Shown here: in pieces, positions 60,720 through 64,000 of the stretch
How positions within the stretch are numbered: the first letter of the stretch is position 1
How the letters are laid out: each line of letters begins with the position of its first letter
DNA from: Hyaloraphidium curvatum SAG 235-1
Lineage: Eukaryota; Fungi; Monoblepharomycota
Direction of reading: 5' to 3'
NCBI GenBank assembly: GCA_025558095.1
Contig: JAIVFI010000014.1
Location: 248,001-312,000, forward strand
Length of the DNA stretch: 64,000 nucleotides
Translations under genes and position numbers: made by a program
The notes under the pieces: generated by a model
The model's input: the letters and a program-made list of their open reading frames with translations, nothing else
Told to the model about the DNA's origin: nothing
The model's database searches: none

Positions 60720-63700
60720 ATGGACGCCGTGCTCAAGTTCGTGGTCGACGAGGTCGCGCTCGAGGGCGACAAGGGTGGGACGCGCGCCCCGGCCCGCCTT
60801 CGACCCCCGCTGACCCGCGCAGGCTGCCCGCTGGACCGGCTGTGGACGCTGCTGGAGGAGCGGCACGCGCGGGCGCTGCGCGACGCCGGCGACCCCGCCC
60901 CGCCGATCCGCTTCGACGACGACCTGAGGGCATTCTACTGGCCGCACGTGGCTTCCCTGCGCGCGCTGTCGGCCTCGCTGGCACGCCCGGGCAAGAAGGC
61001 AAAGGAGCCCGCCGCCACGAGCCAGCTGCCCGCCGCACGCATCAAGCGCAAGGCGCAGGTGCCCAGGGGCGACACAAGGCCCAAGAAGAAGCCAAAGAAG
61101 GCAAAGGGGAGCGACTACGAGAGCGAGGCCGCAGAGACGGAGGAGTCCGAGGAGGAGGCCGTGGAGACGGACGAGAGCGAGGCCATCGAGACGGGCGAGG
61201 ACAGCGACGGGAGCGGCGACGACGACAGCTCGGCGCCCAGGAAGAAGGCCAAGGCGAAGCCGGCAAAGGGCAAGGCGGCAAAGGACCCGGCGAAGCCCGC
61301 AAAGCCGCGCGGCAGGCCGCCCAAGGCCAAGGTCAAGCCCGCCGAGTCGGAGGAGCCCGAAACGCCCGCGGCGGAGGAGCCCGTGACCGCGACCGCCGCT
61401 GCAGCTGCACCGGCTGCGCAGCCCGAACCCGAGTCGGAGCTCGTGGAAGATGACATCATCGAGGGCCAAGCTGGCGGTGCATACGGAGCATTTGCGGGGC
61501 CCGCCGTTGCGGAACAGGCCGTATCTATGCATGAAGCGCCTATCACCCTCGAGGCTGCCGGACAGGACCCTGCGCTCGCCAACGAGGCCGCCGCGGCAGC
61601 AGAGCTTGTTCCCGTGTCTGCCGAGACCTTGGTTGCGGATGTGCAAATGGTGGACGCCGACGAGGCGCCCAAACCCGCATCCCCGACGGCCGAGGCCGCG
61701 GACGGTTCCGTGAAGGAGGACCCGGCGGAGGAGGCCGAAGCGGCCAAGCCCGACCTGACTGTGCTCGCGGCAATGTCGCTCGAGGACGTGCGCAAGCTCT
61801 ACGGCGACCGTTTGCGCCTCGTCGCGGACGAGGAGTCGAGGTTCCAGGCGCTGACCAAGAACGTCGACGTGAGTTGCCGCCGCATGGCCTCCTCGCTCCC
61901 TCTCATTTTGGTCTCCAGCACACCATCAACATCCCCCCGACGACCTACTCCATCCTCGCCTCGGTCGCGGCGTCGAGAGCGCGCGGCATGACGCAGGTCG
62001 AGATCGCCAAGGCCTTTGGCATCGATCCGCGCAGCATCTTCCACCACGTCAAGCTCCTGCAATCGACGAAGCTTGTGTGGGTGCTCATTGCGTGCTTTGC
62101 CACGTCTCGCATCTGAGCTATTGTTCTCCGCACACAGCGTCAAGTTCCCCGTCATTTCCAAGGGGCAGTACACCAACATCCTCCTCCACAACGCCTCGGC
62201 CCACCTCAACCAGGACTACCTCACCTTCCTGGCCTCAGTGCCCGCCGACGCCGACCCGGACGTCGACCTGGGCGGCATGAAGGGCATGCGCATGCACACG
62301 GACGCGGTGAAGCGCAAGATCACCGACATGCTCAAGGAGAAGAAGAACGGCATCATGTTCGTCGAGGACATGCACCACGCCCTCGGCTTCTTCAACATCG
62401 ACCGGAAGCAGCGCAAGTGGTTCAACAAGATGGTGGACACGCTGTACAAGGCCGGCCACGTCGAGAAGGCGGAGATCCAGGACGACAGCAGGCAGACCAG
62501 CCGGGGCGTGGCGAGGCGCAAGTGCATCCGGTTCATCTCGGACTACGTGCCCGAGCACGAGCTGGAGAGCGCCAAGAAGAAGGAGCCGAGGGACGAGCCG
62601 CCCGTCGTGGGCGAGGGCGGCGTGCTCGCGGACCTGCCGCTTGATTACCAGGTTTACAGGCTCATCGGCTTGTCTGGCGAGGAGGGGATGATCTCCTGGG
62701 TGGGTCGCTATTCGCGGCGCCTGAGCGTGCCAAGAGCTAACCAGGCTTCCATTCCCAGGGGATTCGACGCTCGCTACACAACATACAGCCGCGCGTTCTC
62801 ACGCGCGTTCTGGAGCACATTACCCGTCCCGAAAAGGCGCCCAAGAATGCGCAGGGGCTTTCGCGTTCCGTCGAGTTCGAGGGACGGGAGCGGCGGTACC
62901 GCTACCGCGCGGACGAAGCGTGGCAGGAGAGGATGGCCGCGCTGAACGTGCAGACCGCGGAGCGGCCGCGCCTGAACGGCGTCCAAATCGAGCCCAGGGA
63001 GGCGAGGGCCGAGGGCACACCTGCAGTCGAGGCGAGGCCTACGACCGCGGTCCTGGAACGGCCCGCATCGCGGGCAAACGGCAAGGAGAGGGAGCATTCA
63101 GCACCCCCGCCTGTATCGGTCCAGGCGGGGCCGGCGACTCCCGTTTCTGCGGCCACCGACTCTGCCATCGAACCGCAAAGCCCCGCGCCCTCTGCGGTCA
63201 ACCAGCGCAAGACGAACATTTCTTATGCGGACCGGAAGGACCGCTTGGTACGGCTGCTGGAGCAGCACCTCATCCTCGAGCTGTCGGTCGGCACGACGAG
63301 GCTGTTCCAGGAATTTGAGGACGAGGAGCTCGGCATGGCTTACCCGCACAAGATGGATCGAAAGACCCTGCTGCGGATGGCCGACGTGCTCGAGACCGAG
63401 AAGAAGCTGGCCAAACTCACGTTCGCGGTGCCTACACTGAACGGCTCGTACCGGACCGTGCACGTCATGGTGCGCGTGGATCTGACCCGGGAGAGCAAGG
63501 AAGTGCAGGACTACATCGCCCAGCAGCGGGACCGCGCCATGGTGCCCGACTCGGCGAGGTACAAGGCCGTGGAGCGCACGAACCTGACCGGCGTAGAGAT
63601 CGAGAGCGCGCAGCTGGAGGGCCCGCCGTCGTTTACGGGTCGCATTACGCTTGCGATCAAGCCGGACGACGATGAGGTGGACGTGGACGAGAACGTTGCG

Positions 63701-64000
63701 CCGCAGGCGAACGATGCGGCGGCTCCTGAGGAAGTCGCAAAGCTGGACCTCCCCGCCCCCGGGGACGGGGAGACCAAGGAACGGGAGTCTTGGCACGACA
63801 TCGCGCTGGATTACGGTTGGATCCCCGCGAGGATGGTGCGGTCCCGGCTTGTGCACCAGTTCCTCTTCGACTACGTCAAGTCGAGGGCGACTGGCGAAGG
63901 CGGTGAAGGTCTCGCGGACCCCGAGGGCAATCCGTTGCACTACAAGGACGGCGGCATTTTCCCGACCACTGTTTTCTTCAACGACGTCTCGCTCGCCTTC
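60720..64000 (+). CDS. TFIIIC B-block-binding subunit (Tfc3/Sfc3/GTF3C1), 3'-partial
   Basis: MDAVLKFVVDEVALEGDKG-CPLDRLW; ILASVAASRARGMTQVEIAKAFGIDPRSIFHHVKLL; DRKTLLR. Confidence 0.88.

Overview
GC-rich, very gene-dense eukaryotic DNA with short (~60-75 nt) spliceosomal introns. Gene content (PMT2, Cox5, Sid1-like kinase and Zn2Cys6 motifs alongside an RB homologue, CFAP157 and a cytochrome-b5 delta-5 desaturase) points to an early-diverging, chytrid-like fungus; this is inference. From ~7.2 kb to the end there are ~30 mostly housekeeping genes, many in head-to-head or tail-to-tail pairs, plus a mitochondrial nad1 insertion (NUMT) just upstream of COX5. The first ~6 kb is accessory. Manual splicing joins several short ORFs into one 7-exon, >1246-aa reading frame that is 5'-truncated by the window edge. 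It is a Fanzor/TnpB-like RuvC protein with an N-terminal uracil-DNA-glycosylase-like region, two tandem GAL4-type Zn(II)2Cys6 clusters placed before RuvC-I, and an apparent D->N change at RuvC-III. Downstream lie a structured candidate omega-RNA region, two arrays of CATTC/GAATG repeats and a GC-rich hairpin, which look like transposon-end structures. All calls come from manual motif recognition; no database searches were run.
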